DNA of 64,000 bases from Lingula anatina. Its lineage: Eukaryota; Animalia; Brachiopoda. This document shows, in pieces, positions 1-13,024 of this stretch. Position 1 is the first letter of the stretch, and every line of letters starts with the position of its first letter. A program made the position numbers and the translations under genes. The notes beneath the pieces are model-generated. The model saw nothing but the letters and a program-made list of their open reading frames with translations. It did no database searches and was not told the origin of the DNA. Location of the stretch: NCBI GenBank assembly GCA_051362555.1, contig CM120642.1:14756001-14820000 (forward strand), in the 5' to 3' direction.

Positions 1-487
1 AATAGCCAAAAAATAGAGTTTATTTCGCAAACATATAACAACAGTAATACCCGCGGAATGAAATTATTTTAAAGCCTCAGAAGTTACATGTAATACTATG
101 TTAAGCAAATAGTCACCGGCACAAGATATTCGTCAGATAATGCGCTAAATGCCATGTTGCCAGACGCAGTGTGTTACCTAACAGCAGCAGCGAGACATTT
201 GAACCGAGATGACTTGACCTATCCCAATCTAAATATTTTGGCCCTAATGATGCTAATCACAGTTTGATACTGGCCAACTCTATCGATTTTGGAATGTGAG
301 ATTAATAATTAGGGTTGTGGAAAGTGAGGTGAAAATGTTGGAAATGGGTGAATGTCGACAGAAATGTATCACTAAAATACTGAATAAACGAACACGGTTA
401 CGTGTCTACCTTGACAAAATGGGATATATTAGTACAAGACATCTATAAAATGGACAACGCTATAATTAACGCTGTTTTTGTTTTAAG

Positions 488-2151
488 ACGGCTACAAAAG
501 TTCGGATATCAAGTACAGATGGTATAGTCCTGATGGAGATCCACTGGGGATATCCGAAGATGTGCAACTGCCGCAGTTTGTCATCAGGGGACACAGAGAA
601 GTCGTCAAGATATTTCAGCTGAGCACAGGTAATTCAAAATCCATTTAGTATCCAGATACATGTGGGCCTTTCCTCAGGTGGAAGTGGAATTTAGATTTTG
701 CCTGGACCAGATCGATGCTTAGTGTAAGACTGGGTTCCCATGCCTAGATCGATCTAACTGGGTCGACCCTGCTAAATTGCTTTTAGCTTAAACGGCTTAT
801 ATGTCTGGCACGCCTACTGAAGCCGCTAAACGATATCTAATTGCCCTCTAACAGCTTCAGTGGGTGCGCGAGACCTCTAAGCTGATAGCAATTTAGTGAG
901 AACCCCCTTGGAGATGGATCGATCCAAAGTTAGTAGGATAGTCTCTGGGAATGATCTTTTAATTGTGTCAGGGAGAATAAGTCTTTAAAAAGTAATAAAA
1001 TAAAAATAAAAAAAGGAGTGACAAAAAGGAAAAAATGCAGAAGCCATTTCGTTATTAAATGTTTTGACCTCCTTACCGAAGGATACCACACCTTTAAACT
1101 TCAATAATGAATAAAATAAAATAAAATAAATGAAAAAAGGCGCCTGCAACCGCTATTGAACGTTTGTTTCTGGTATGATATATAGCTTATTGATGAATCA
1201 TCCTTTTCAGGCAATTACTCAAGATTGGCGTTGGATTTGTATCTGGACAGAAACATGGGTTACTACCTAACACACATCTACATTCCATCTATCTTAATAG
1301 TAGTGATTTCCTGGGTTTCCTTTTGGCTGCACGAGGATGCTGTTCCCGCCAGAATTGCCCTCGGTATCACCACAGTCCTCACCATGACAACGCTGATCTC
1401 AACAACCAATCAAGCGCTGCCAAAGATTTCCTACTTGAAAAGCATTGATGTCTACCTAGTCACATGCTTTGTGATGGTGTTTGCATCCCTTCTGGAGTAC
1501 GCAGCGGTTAACTATCTTGGCAAGTTAGCAAAACATAAAACAAAGTTGCCTGAGATGCCCAATCAAAGTAAACAGAAGGGAACTTCTTCCTGCAAAAAAA
1601 GCCCCGACTTGAGAAACATCCGAGAGGGATTAAGGCCGTTTGCTGCGATGAGCATGGCATGGCCACCTGATCCAGAGAAGGGGCACCATCAAAATGCGGT
1701 AAGTAAATTTAAAACAGGGGGTGGGGCGTCAACTACGTGACATGTAATTTTTTCTACATGAACAACTTAAGAGCAGTATTTATTTAAAGATGTAAATTAA
1801 GTAGTGATCATTTGCTGCAAGGCAATTACCTTTTTGTTCCAGGAGGCCCGCATGAGCTCCATGGCAGAGCGCTACCGGACCCAGTACCATCCAATTCCAA
1901 CACGTGACCCTGTCGCTAATGGTGACGTTAGTCAGGCTGAAGATTTGAAAGACAGTCGGCAGCGGGAACCAAGCCAACATCCGGGGCATGCAGGCTGGAA
2001 GTGCGGGTGCTGTACGCTTTCGGCGACAATATTAGACGATTACTCGAGATTTTTGTTTCCGCTGTCTTTCATAGTGTTTAACATATGCTACTGGACTATC
2101 TATTGGCACATCAGTAATCTGACAATGTCTTCAGATTTCACGCCTCTTTAA
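488..2151 (+). CDS. Cys-loop ligand-gated chloride channel, Rdl/GABA-A-like subunit (3' part; 5' exons lie upstream of the window)
   Basis: Exons 488-628, 1211-1698, 1843-2151 with AG/GT junctions and matching phases. Translation [119 protein letters not shown] gives M1-M4. The PAR motif indicates anion selectivity; M2-M3 closely resembles insect RDL. Confidence 0.93.
727..944. mobile_element. Palindromic MITE-like element in channel intron
   Basis: Nested inverted arms: agact/agtct, gatcgatc/gatcgatc, gctaaattgct/agcaatttagt, gcacgcctactgaagc/gcttcagtgggtgcgc. Confidence 0.65.
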
Positions 2152-4093
2152 TAATGAAGGATACAGCAATGCATTCCAATTAACAATTTAAAATTAAATA
2201 CTGTAAATCTAAGAATGACTTTTTGTTGTTAAAGCAACAGTAGGTATGGCGTAGACAGGATAAAAAAGAATGAAAAAATTACATAGTAAAGGGAAAAACT
2301 AATGCAAATTTCTTGTAACCGTCCATAAATGTTTGAGTAGTTGCTGAAGCGAATACAACAGTAGACCTTGGGTAGGTGGTCGTATTTGTAGAAGAGCGAC
2401 CCAGTGGGAATTTATTTATGGACGGAGTTATAAAGTTAAAAAACTGGCACGGTTGGAATAATCTGTGATGTCGCTTTGAAGAAATAAGGAGTTGTGTTGA
2501 AGGCTGCGTGCAAGAAAGGTATGGCTGATAATCAAAATACTGTGAAGATGGGTATTTTTTTTCACGGAAAGATTCGAATTAGCTTAATGTGGTCACCATT
2601 TGCACTAATTGGTGTGTCAGACAAGATTTTCATTTATGCATGAAACATCGATTAACACAAACTCTATTTTTTTTTCTTAATTAACGAAAGACCTACAAGC
2701 TCATTCTGTGTACCGGTAGGAATTTCAATTAGTATAATCTCATCTTTATAAGCGTTTAAACGTTCACATCCAGTATATACATATAGCAGTATTCACAATG
2801 TGCAATCACATCGTTCGTTTTTAGATTTTAAAAAATTCACTCAACGATTCTCAGTACTTTTCTTCAAAAGTTGTCTCATAGTTACATTTACTTGATGTAT
2901 TTACTGTTCGTGACATCATTATCACTGAAGTGTACCATAATCCGAGATAGGTGTGTTTTATCATATCATTCGTCATGCAGCGTTTATTGAATAAACAGTT
3001 TTACCATTATTAATTTGATTTTTTGAACGTTGTATCAAGTTTAAGGGGGGGGGGGGGGTAGAAATCTACTTCGCATCCCTGAAATGCCAGCGTGTACATC
3101 AATGACAATATAAACTTATATTCATTTGTTAAATAAAGAAGGTAAGTCATGGGGGTATATATTTTAAATGGACAAAAAACCAAATGATGTTCTTGGTCTC
3201 CCTTTTTAAACCTAATCTCAACTACCGCATTTTGAGGAGCGATCGCGTACATATTCTTTGAGCGAAACGTTAAGGCATAGAACTGTGATCTCGCCCTCAG
3301 TACTGAAGTTGAAATTTTCAGTCTTGTTTTCTTTTTTTTTAATACGCAAGAGGTGAAATCAAACGCACTCTTAACACATAAAGACGCAAACTCATTTTCA
3401 GAACCCACTACGGACGGGAAACACTTATGATTATGGAGTATTACGAAGCATTTGTGCCTGTGCAGTATAAGCAAGAGCTGATGCTGGGTCTTAAAACATT
3501 TTTGCCTGATAAGTAAGATATCATGCTGGTGGTCATAAAATTTAATGTATTCTGTCCGGTTTTTCTCGCCGGATCTTATTTTTTCTCGAAAGAAAAACAA
3601 ATTTTCCAGCACACAAAGTATTGCTCAGCCCGTTCTTGCGCTTGATTCAATGTTTTTTATAACAGTCCTAATTGAATAACTTAATTCTACACTATCAGTC
3701 ATTTGGGCCACCGTTTCTTGTACATTTCAGAATAAATAGAAATATTACTTTTATTTGAAAGGGGGGAGGGGGAGATGTGGTTTTAAGATCTGAATTGGGG
3801 GGGAATAGATAGTTACTTTGTATGTTAAGGCAACGAAAACGGGACTTCGAGGCATTTCAAATGCAGATAGCACACTTTTTAATCACGCTTTCTTTACAAC
3901 TTTAAACGGACAAGCTCACCACAGAGCTTGGTTAAGGGCAACGTGGCAGCCTGGAATCATTATAACCTATCATAATCTGTCGCACTTCCACAGCGCGGCA
4001 TAAACCAACAATGACTGATTTCCATTTAAAGGCGGTTTATTTTGTTTGTATTTTTTACAGTATTTTCAATGTTCTTAGATAGTAATGTCCATT

Positions 4094-5644
4094 TTATTCT
4101 CCATCAACGTTTACTGTGGATAAACCTGAAAAGAAAAGGAAAAAATTTTAAGAATGAGGAATGAATATTTTTTCATACAAAGTGGTTCATTAAAAATTTA
4201 AAGACAAAGCTACCACAGTGCTACCATAAAATTTATTCTCACTTTCAAGCTATCATCTTTCCCACATTTCTGACAAGGCAAGGACAATCTCAAACGTCAC
4301 TGGAAATTTTTCAATCAAACATATATACAACGGCCTTTTTATAAACCTTAACGTCATTTTTGTCATAAAATATTCCCCTATCCAAGCTGCAGATATCAAA
4401 AGAAAAGAAAAAGCAACTTTATTTAAAACAATGCAGATTATCATTATATTTTTACTTCAAGCAGGAAATCTATGTTCTTTAAGAAAAAGATTTCTTTCAA
4501 GTTTCGATTCAAAATATAAATGTATTATTTTATATACACACCTTTGAAGCTAGCTACTGGTACATATGTAACCAGAGTGTAGAGCTTGTGTGGGGAATCT
4601 TCATCTTCATTTCTTTTCCTGGCCAATCGCACACGTACTCTGTAGGGGACATTTCTGGAACATAAAAATTACTCATCTAGTTTATTTCTATAATTTACAG
4701 TTCATAACCAACACCTGCGTGCATCAAAACATCACCTTCCCTAAAACCTTTAAGTAAATAATCCATGTGCTGCTTAAACTTTTCAACTGTCCGACAGGAT
4801 AAAGAAAACGCAGGAACTGTCCGTGAAATAATACAATAACAACACACTGAACACAATATATTCATTACCAGACTAATGAATTTCATCAAGCACTGTTTCT
4901 GCTTTAAGCCATTACATTCGTGGCCCTGGTACCAAAAGACAAAGTAAAAAAAAAAAAAAAAAAAAATTATAAAGAAATTATCACACTGAGATAATAACAA
5001 GGCTGCATAAAACACAAAGCAGCTCACCTGACTCCTTTGGACCAGATGTGTTTGTTGAGTCTGGTGTCAATTCGGACATCTGGGGTGCCCATCATTTTTT
5101 CAGCAAACTTACGGATCTCCTTGACAGCACGTGGGGCTCTCCTCTTGAATCCACTGTGATATGAAAGAAAGCAATCAAGATTATGTAAAACTGGAGGTCT
5201 ACGATAAAGTGAAACTGAACTACATGATGGCTTAGATCGATTACAGCATCAATTTATTCAGGTTGAAGGGCAAATAATTATACCCTCTCCCATCTCTGTT
5301 TAAGTTTAATATATACAAATTCAATTATGACATATCATTTTTTACTTCCATACACTGAAGCTGCATCTTCTGTATTTTTACCAACGAGATCTTGAAGCAG
5401 CATTCTATACATCCAATTCTTGCAGGAAATGGGCAATCAAACATCAAATGCACAGCTTTAAAATTAAACCGTAACGGTAATCTCTTGTTTTCAAATTACA
5501 ATTTTGGTTCTGATACAACAATGGACAAACACCAATCACTCACATGCCATGGATCCTTTTGTGGACATTGACTGTGTATTCACGAGTGACCACCTCACTT
5601 ATGGCCGACTTCTTCTTCTTCTCGCCCTTCTTGGCGGGTGCCAT
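4094..5644 (-). CDS. RPL31: 60S ribosomal protein L31 (eL31), 123 aa
   Basis: Coding exons 5644-5544, 5153-5028, 4654-4542, 4125-4094 splice to [129 protein letters not shown] at 4041-4036. Missed by the ORF track. Confidence 0.97.
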
Positions 5645-6585
5645 CTGAAAGAACACAGTTTAACATCCATTAATACAGAATATGGGATGATGATAACAAG
5701 TTCCACACATTGTACCAAGTTGCTGCACTAGGATACAGTAGTGGTCCTTGTTAGCAAAAAGGCAAGACAATAAATTTTTTAATCAACTTATTAAAATATT
5801 AAGAACAAGCTTTGTGCAAGACCATTTTGATAAATTTCAGAAGGGGGCATTCAATCCACTGTGGACATGTTGGGAAAGGGGGGTGGAGGTGGTTAGAGTC
5901 TATAAATCTTGATTAGACGAACCCTGGCAGTGGGTAAGATAAATACATTTAGGAAAACCTGGATCTGGATTCAACATGATGGAGAAAAATAGGTGGCTTA
6001 CGACAAACTTATGCACTCAGATGTGGAGCTAGCTCTTCTAGTCAGACAGGCCTATTTCACATGTGCTACATTACTTAACCAACATTGAAACTAATGATTC
6101 TGTCAAGGTTGCGTAGCTTTGAAAGATAAAAATAGGACTGGGACATTTCCATTCACAAGTAGTGGTTTCTTTAGACGTATATGGACAGATACAGATACAA
6201 AGGCAGGCAAGGCTGCACGGGACGTCTAATAAAGCTTTGAGCTTGCACTGGCATTAATCCTTCACTAAAAACTAAACAAAGATCCTTGTTGTTCAAAATA
6301 TATAAATGTTAACAGAAACGATGAGTTATAGTGTATCATTCTGGGGTAAAATCAGGAAGTCTTCACGAAAGGATCTGCCACTAGAAAATACTCGTCCCTG
6401 AACGTAGTACCTCCAGATGGACGTAGCATCTTTTCATATGTCGTGGGGTGTAAATCTTTAAATAGCTAGTTCAAACGATACACATGTTATATAGCTTTAA
6501 TCGAATCAATCATAAATGACTTTAAAACGTTCTGAAGGGGCCAGATGGCATCGGATTTTGAAGGCATGTTACCCAAGTGACTTAC

Positions 6586-6613
6586 TTTTCAAGATGGAGG
6601 ATGAAAGAGGAAG
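6586..6613 (-). promoter_or_regulatory. RPL31 non-coding exon 1 with TCT initiator / 5'TOP tract
   Basis: Minus strand CTTCCTCTTTCATCCTCCATCTTGAAAA|GTAAGT: a pyrimidine tract then a donor; the acceptor at 5645-5647 is immediately followed by ATG, as is typical of ribosomal protein genes. Confidence 0.8.
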
Positions 6614-7749
6614 TATATGGAATTGTGGGTAAGAATGAAAAAGCGGAGCATCTAACACATCCAAAAGCTGGGGCTATTTGATCTCTACTAACACATTCAG
6701 GACAACGGGGAAATCCTCCACCTTACTAAGCCGATAAGAATTAGGTTAAACAATTGGATTAGAGACCTTAAAACCGCCGAAATTTAGGTATATAAGTGAC
6801 TAAATAATTCAACGCCATTAGGCAACATTCAGCCGGTATCACAAATTTGTTGTTCCTTATCTTGAGGATGTATTTGTTGTCGTTTTAACCTAAGGGGGGG
6901 GGGGGGACGTATCAGGCATATCTACATGTAGGCCTACTCACTAACTGCAAAAATTAGCCTACCTGTTGTCAAAGAACGTAAATCAACTTTTAATATAGAG
7001 TGGACCTTTTCGGAAAGACGGTTCGATTCACGTGCAACCCGCACTCCCACCCCTAATCAGTGCTTAGCAGCTCACAGCAAAGACTAACAGAAAGGTGATT
7101 GATTAACACATACTTTTAAAATTAGATGTAAGCTACAGTGTATGCTATCTAGATTTAAAAATTGCATTGGGCCATTAAATTGAAAATCACAAATAAAAAA
7201 TTCATGGCTTAAATTGGAAATATTCACATGATCCGAGCATGTTCAGTTGCCTACACTATCAAGAAAACATACAGAAAACGTCACACTAAAACAATCAAAA
7301 TATGATATGCACTGCAATTCAAGCGCGACCAAAGTAAACATTATCTATTGCAAACTAACTCTCACAGATGATATACTGTTTATTTTATTATACAAGTTGT
7401 ATGAAAATATTTTTGACGACGCTATATGAAAATATCAAGAATAGCCTAGTGTTTCAAAAACCATGGCTCACTTTATAATAAAATCAGTACAGTCACTTGT
7501 ATATCAAAGTAAAGCATGCTCAGAATTAAATGTTATGGAGCATCTTTTTTGAGCACAAGTATTGTACACATGTTCATCTACCATTGTGTTGAAATTCGTC
7601 AGAGAATAGAGGAAAATTTAAGTTGACTTTTAGAAACAGTTATGGCATTTGTTCACACATATAAAAGAAAATCCCTTGTGCATATAAAACTGTGATTAAA
7701 AGGCACGATTTAAAAAAATCTACGACCGCCTGCAATTACGAAAACATGC

Positions 7750-7751
7750 AA

Positions 7752-7787
<36 letters not shown>
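7750..7787. repeat. (AAAT)n microsatellite
   Basis: Directly visible run of AATA units. Confidence 0.9.
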
Positions 7788-7788
<1 letters not shown>

Positions 7789-8305
7789 CAAAAGAGTATC
7801 CGAATGTTTGTTGGTAATCTACAAAAAGGGAAATCTTTGGTATAACTGACTGTTATATCAGTATAAACATGTGCGTTACATAAAAAAAAAATATATACAC
7901 AAATAATGGAATAAATAATTCACTACCACTGTAAAACGTAGCACCGAAGGATTTTCCTATTAATGGCAGCATCAATATCGCGTGACTGATGGCTGTTTTG
8001 GCCTAAGCCTTAGAAGAAGAGCTCACAAGTTGGTAACCAAATGATCATGTTTCTAACATTCACATCAGGAGAAGCCACTTCAGTAAATATGTTTACTTTA
8101 TCTTCATCCGAGAACGTCTCGCATGTGGGACTTTGTTCTGAACGTTGAGCTGACTAGAAAATTGTACCAAGTATTCTTTTTTTGTCGAAGTATTTTAGTA
8201 TGTACGAAAATGAATTCCAATTCGAAGTCAAATTCTATATACGATGCATCAAATCTCAAGAGGAAATAATCCAAATTATTAGATAACAGTTGACTTTTAT
8301 GATAA

Positions 8306-9514
8306 CTATCCAACTCCATTCTCATCCAATCCCCCGCCAGGGGGCGGTAAATCGAAGGAAGACGTCTCAGTGTCATGATCTATTGGTGGAAGGAGGATGT
8401 TATTTAGTCCTGAGAATTTCTCTGGTAAAGTTTCCATCCATTTCTGGCATTTTTCAACTGTCCATGAATTTGGTGCATTGTCGTCTCCATTTTCCAAGTT
8501 TGGCCTTGCGCTATGCGGCCTAGCAGACGACAGAGTTTCGGTATCTTCAGGTGCGTTTAACGGGTCATTTTTCCCGTTTCCTTGATGCCTGTTGACTCCT
8601 GATCGCGGTGATAGTTTACCGTTAGCGTCTTTGGAGTCCCTCCGAGTATTCAGAGCCCTAACTGACAGTTTTATCGAGTCGCAATCTGCCTCTCGTCTTG
8701 GGAGCAAGCTATGGCTGTTTTCGTGAGCACTGTGGCGGCGCCTTCTTGTGGCCACAGAAACATCCTCATAAGAACCCTTTCTAGGCACCCGAACATCCAT
8801 TTCTGTCTGATTGCGCCTCAGTAACATTTGCTTCGATCGAGACACCTCAAGGTCACCTAAACTTGATTTTCTGGCATTACCAGAGTTTAGGCTGCAGATT
8901 CGCGTACTTTCCGTGCTGATAAGTTTTTTCTTCATATTCTGCGGCGTGCGACCGTTGTTCTCCATTATAACTGTTCTCTGTAGTGTTGGCGGAGGATAAC
9001 TCTCCGCTAAAGAGTACCGACTGAAGTCAGAGTTTGCACTTTTCACTCTCCGTAGAAAAGGTGTATCGGCAGATCTCCTGTTCAGTTTACACGCGCCACA
9101 ACTGCGCGTGGAAAATCGGTCCTCCTCTCCGCAACCCCCTCCGTCACATTCCGACTGCGAGTCGACAGGTGACTCGGGCGTTTCACATTTAGTAAACGTA
9201 ACATCTATTCTTTTCTCCCAGTTCTGAGCCTTTCCGTGTTCCTTCCTTATGACGTGTTTGATATACCCGGTGCCTATATCTTCTGTGTGCACAGTGCGTT
9301 TCCTGAGAACGCTGCTGTCGATTTTACTACCAACATTAGTCGGCTGAGCAGGCAGGTAAACTGTAGTGATATTGTCCTGCGTAACGGCATTCCGAGCCGC
9401 TCGAATTACACCGCCGTATGCTGCGCTTCCTAATCTTTCCTGTGCTGTGTAAACGGAAGCTTTCTTGGCCAGGCATCCGCCTTTAGTCTCTGTGTTGACT
9501 ATTCCAGCCATCAT
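8306..9514 (-). CDS. Uncharacterised 402-aa protein, Ser/Arg-rich and probably disordered, single coding exon
   Basis: 1.2-kb uninterrupted ORF, GC-richer than flanks, ATG start. C-terminal amphipathic-looking WTVEKCQKWMETLPEKFSG. No recognisable family. Confidence 0.7.
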   Translation of the reverse strand: MMAGIVNTETKGGCLAKKASVYTAQERLGSAAYGGVIRAARNAVTQDNITTVYLPAQPTNVGSKIDSSVLRKRTVHTEDIGTGYIKHVIRKEHGKAQNWEKRIDVTFTKCETPESPVDSQSECDGGGCGEEDRFSTRSCGACKLNRRSADTPFLRRVKSANSDFSRYSLAESYPPPTLQRTVIMENNGRTPQNMKKKLISTESTRICSLNSGNARKSSLGDLEVSRSKQMLLRRNQTEMDVRVPRKGSYEDVSVATRRRRHSAHENSHSLLPRREADCDSIKLSVRALNTRRDSKDANGKLSPRSGVNRHQGNGKNDPLNAPEDTETLSSARPHSARPNLENGDDNAPNSWTVEKCQKWMETLPEKFSGLNNILLPPIDHDTETSSFDLPPPGGGLDENGVG

Positions 9515-11518
9515 TGTTGATTCTCGATTGATTTTCCTAATGTCAATCCCCGTTTCTTGTTACGAAGACATAACTGCAACATAAACTACGTGCTGAATAG
9601 TCCACAACCGATATTCCTCCCTTGCAGCTGTTCTCTACTTTATAAAACCCAATCTGCTCAATTTGATAATGTAATTGTAAGGCTTCCCAAAACACCTGCA
9701 ACAAAAGCGTAAATGTTATAAGAATAGTCTCGGGCATGGTTATAAATACAAGTAACTCCGCTAAATCAACACCGCTTCTAATAACAGGTGTTTATAGATA
9801 GAATTAGTGAATGGCAAGCACTCAATGCATGATTTTGGTTACGGGAGCATTTGCAACTATACACACACCTAAGTCGGCGATGAAGAAAAGCATTTATTTA
9901 ATATCAAGGCCAAAGCAAACAGCTCAAGAGCGATTTTATTGGAGTTGATCAAATGCTGCAATCTTTTCGGGTCAGCCGGAATGTAGGATTTGGTTTGCAA
10001 ATGTCAATCTTATCGGTCCTTGAGTAATTAATGAATTACTTGTCCGATATTGATCGCCATGGTAGCGAGCTGTCGCAGGTGCTTAGAATAATATCGGTTG
10101 AAATGATAAAACTAATGAATGTTTAAGAAGGTTTCGAAAGGTTAAACTATAACTTGTGTTACGTGTACAAATCCATTGCCAAAGCAATAAAATCTCTTTC
10201 TCTCTCTCTCCTTTAAAATGAAAAATAATAAGTACCTAAAGGAAAACTTCACGGACACGTAGAGCTTTCGAAATAATTTCAGCTCGACCAATCAGAAATT
10301 TGGGAGATAGAAATAACACTGCAGTGCATCGTATAATTTTTAATAAGCAGTAACATTTAATCACGTATTTATTGGAAAATTAAGTGAAACCAATATATTC
10401 CGTGCCTTGGTCTAAGATACTGCACATTTGCCACACCTCGTCACGTCTGGTTGATTATCGATTGAGAATAAGAAAAATGATTACTGCCACTTTTAGCTAG
10501 ACTTAGGTCAACCAACCCAATCTACCATTAGATCGGAAGGATATTGTGCGTTATTATTGTGTAATGTCACGGCGACTTAACTGGTAATAAAGCTAATTTT
10601 TCCATGGTATAATTGCTACTTTATTGGGTATTGAGTTACACAATGGTCAAAAGAATACCAATACGCCACATGCTTTTGCTTTTATTGCCCATTGATCTGA
10701 AAAAGGTGGCAAAAATTTGAGAACTTTAATTGCACCCTTGCGGATATAATGGCAGAGTGCGATATTATTGTATCAGCCTATAGCATTGTAAGGTGGATGC
10801 TGTCACTCCAAATACCAATTAAGCAAATACCGACATTTCGCTGACATTACGCCCTGGGAGTCACGTCTTGTAACGAAATAGGTCAAAATGTAAGCACGAA
10901 ACACGCAGATTTCGCCAAACACTGATTGAGTACTAAAATGTTATGAAATACCTATTGATTATCTGATAAAGATTTTTAAAACCATCGATATGAGTCATTC
11001 CTTTCTTTAAGCCTTAATAGGGCGTGTAATACAAGAATAAGGCTTATCTTTTATTTACTATGAGATCTTTTATAATTGTCGACTTTTGTTGAAGGCATCG
11101 ATTTTTTGTTTTTTTCAGTAGAGACCGACAGCCAAAATTACAATTGACAAATCTGAAGAATCAAAAGCCGATAAGTTACATAGCACCGTGCGTTTCGGAT
11201 CATAACATTTAATGAGTAAAACAAATGGAGTGGTTCCTGAAAGTTTTTTTTTACCACAATCCGAAGGAAGGGTAAAAAAGTCATTTTCCGTCTTTTTTCC
11301 ACTTTAATTTTGCTGGAACTCTAAGATTGCGGCGTTCACTTTACATAATGACTATACCATGTCGACATAATCGTGTACGTTATACTCACTACGAGATTTT
11401 GGCATCTATATGACACTCAATCATCATAATCGCAATCTTTTATAATAAAATAAATAAACTTCAAAACTTATCATTTTCTGTATGTTGACCCCAGCATGTT
11501 GTATATATACTACTTGAT

Positions 11519-11620
11519 TTCACACAGACACCACCAGTCTACTCTGTGGGGACTCTTGCTGAGTTCAATCAGCTTAATTGAATGACACGCCTCCCCTGGC
11601 GTTGAGTAAAATACATAAAG
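11519..11620 (+). repeat. Fragment of the MITE family also at 33371-33608
   Basis: Shared cacacagacacca...actctgtggggactcttgctga...cagcttaa.tgaatgaca.gcctc..ctgg.gttgag sequence. Confidence 0.7.
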
Positions 11621-12968
11621 GCCTGTCAATTGTAACTTAAACTTGGCGTTTTTATCCGCATACAGGAAAAATATATCTGTGGCCTATCTGTTCTTGCTTG
11701 TGGCCTATCTGCGCGGTTTCATTACTGTTCCGATTTTCAAGAGTGCAGAGGCAAGTATCATTGAAGCAGTCTAAAATTACACCATATTATCTCTATCTGT
11801 CACGGAAAAAATATATTTGATTGATCTTTTTGGAGGGGGGGGAGGATTGAATGATTGAAACTTAATCATAGACTGGGAAAAACTCTGACGCACAAAAAAA
11901 TTAAAAAACAACAACAAAGTTTCTACAGGTAAACATCAACAAAACAGATGAATATTTCTCTCTACCATTTTCAAAACATCTACCTGAAGGAGCCTTGGGG
12001 GGTTCTTACGCATTAACTTTGTCGTTACTTTTCATTCAGAAAAAAAAAGTTTCGAAAACAAAGAGATCATCACCTTACATTCCGTCCATGCTTTGTGTAG
12101 CTTTAAGTCCACTTGAGTAAAAATGATTGCTGAGCCGTGAAACAAGGGTCTTGTGTTTTTGTGTATTACAAAAAGTAACTCCGTTTAAGTAAACTTCATA
12201 TTTTGTTATTTTATATAATACGGTTATTAAAATTGGCATTCATCGCTAACAAGTGGTTTTATGTTCTCGTTTGTTTCCTTGTTCTTTTTTTTTTTCAAAG
12301 AGAGGTGCACAGGTAAAATATCAGAGAGCACCATTTAGAGTCTTTTAACCTTACTCTCTATACTACCTTATACTAACTTCTAGGCTCTTTTAACGAATAA
12401 AACATTTATCTACTCAAGATTTAACTGTACAAGTTCCAATTTTTAAAGGACATTTTGTCAATTTTTCAGTAATACATCATCATAAAATTTTCGTTATTTA
12501 CTATTATTAATATTTTGCTAGTGCAACTTTTTTTAAAATATGAGATTCCACACATCTTTTTCTATACATCATTTACCTTGTCATCACCAAAGGTTGTTGA
12601 TAACACGGCAAAACACTGAAATGCATACCATCCGACAGTCCGCATCGTCCTCATCCCACATGACTAATTTTATTTGCTTCTGTCTATTTCCTCAAGGTTT
12701 CACGCTTTATCACTAGGATTATATCGTCGCTGAACTCAATCTAGTGTAGTTGCATGGGCGGGCCGGTGGACGGCATTCCCAGCACTTCAAAGCTACGGCT
12801 GCGTGCATAACAGGACTAACTTAGACCTGATAATGTTTGAAATTCGCTATGGGCCACTTAGTTGTCGGACTTACAGTGGTTTTAAGAAGTATCTGACGTC
12901 ACAATCGATCTTTCACGTACCAGTGGCTGAGTTATTTTACTCTTAAAATAATCCTTGTCGAGCGTTCC

Positions 12969-12972
<4 letters not shown>

Positions 12973-13021
<49 letters not shown>
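12973..13021. repeat. (CA)n microsatellite
   Basis: Directly visible, about 24 units. Confidence 0.95.

Positions 13022-13024
<3 letters not shown>

Noticed and set aside
3010-3612. 200-aa ORF on the minus strand
   Set aside because: Non-ATG start, low-complexity runs and no recognisable motif; probably chance or repeat-derived.
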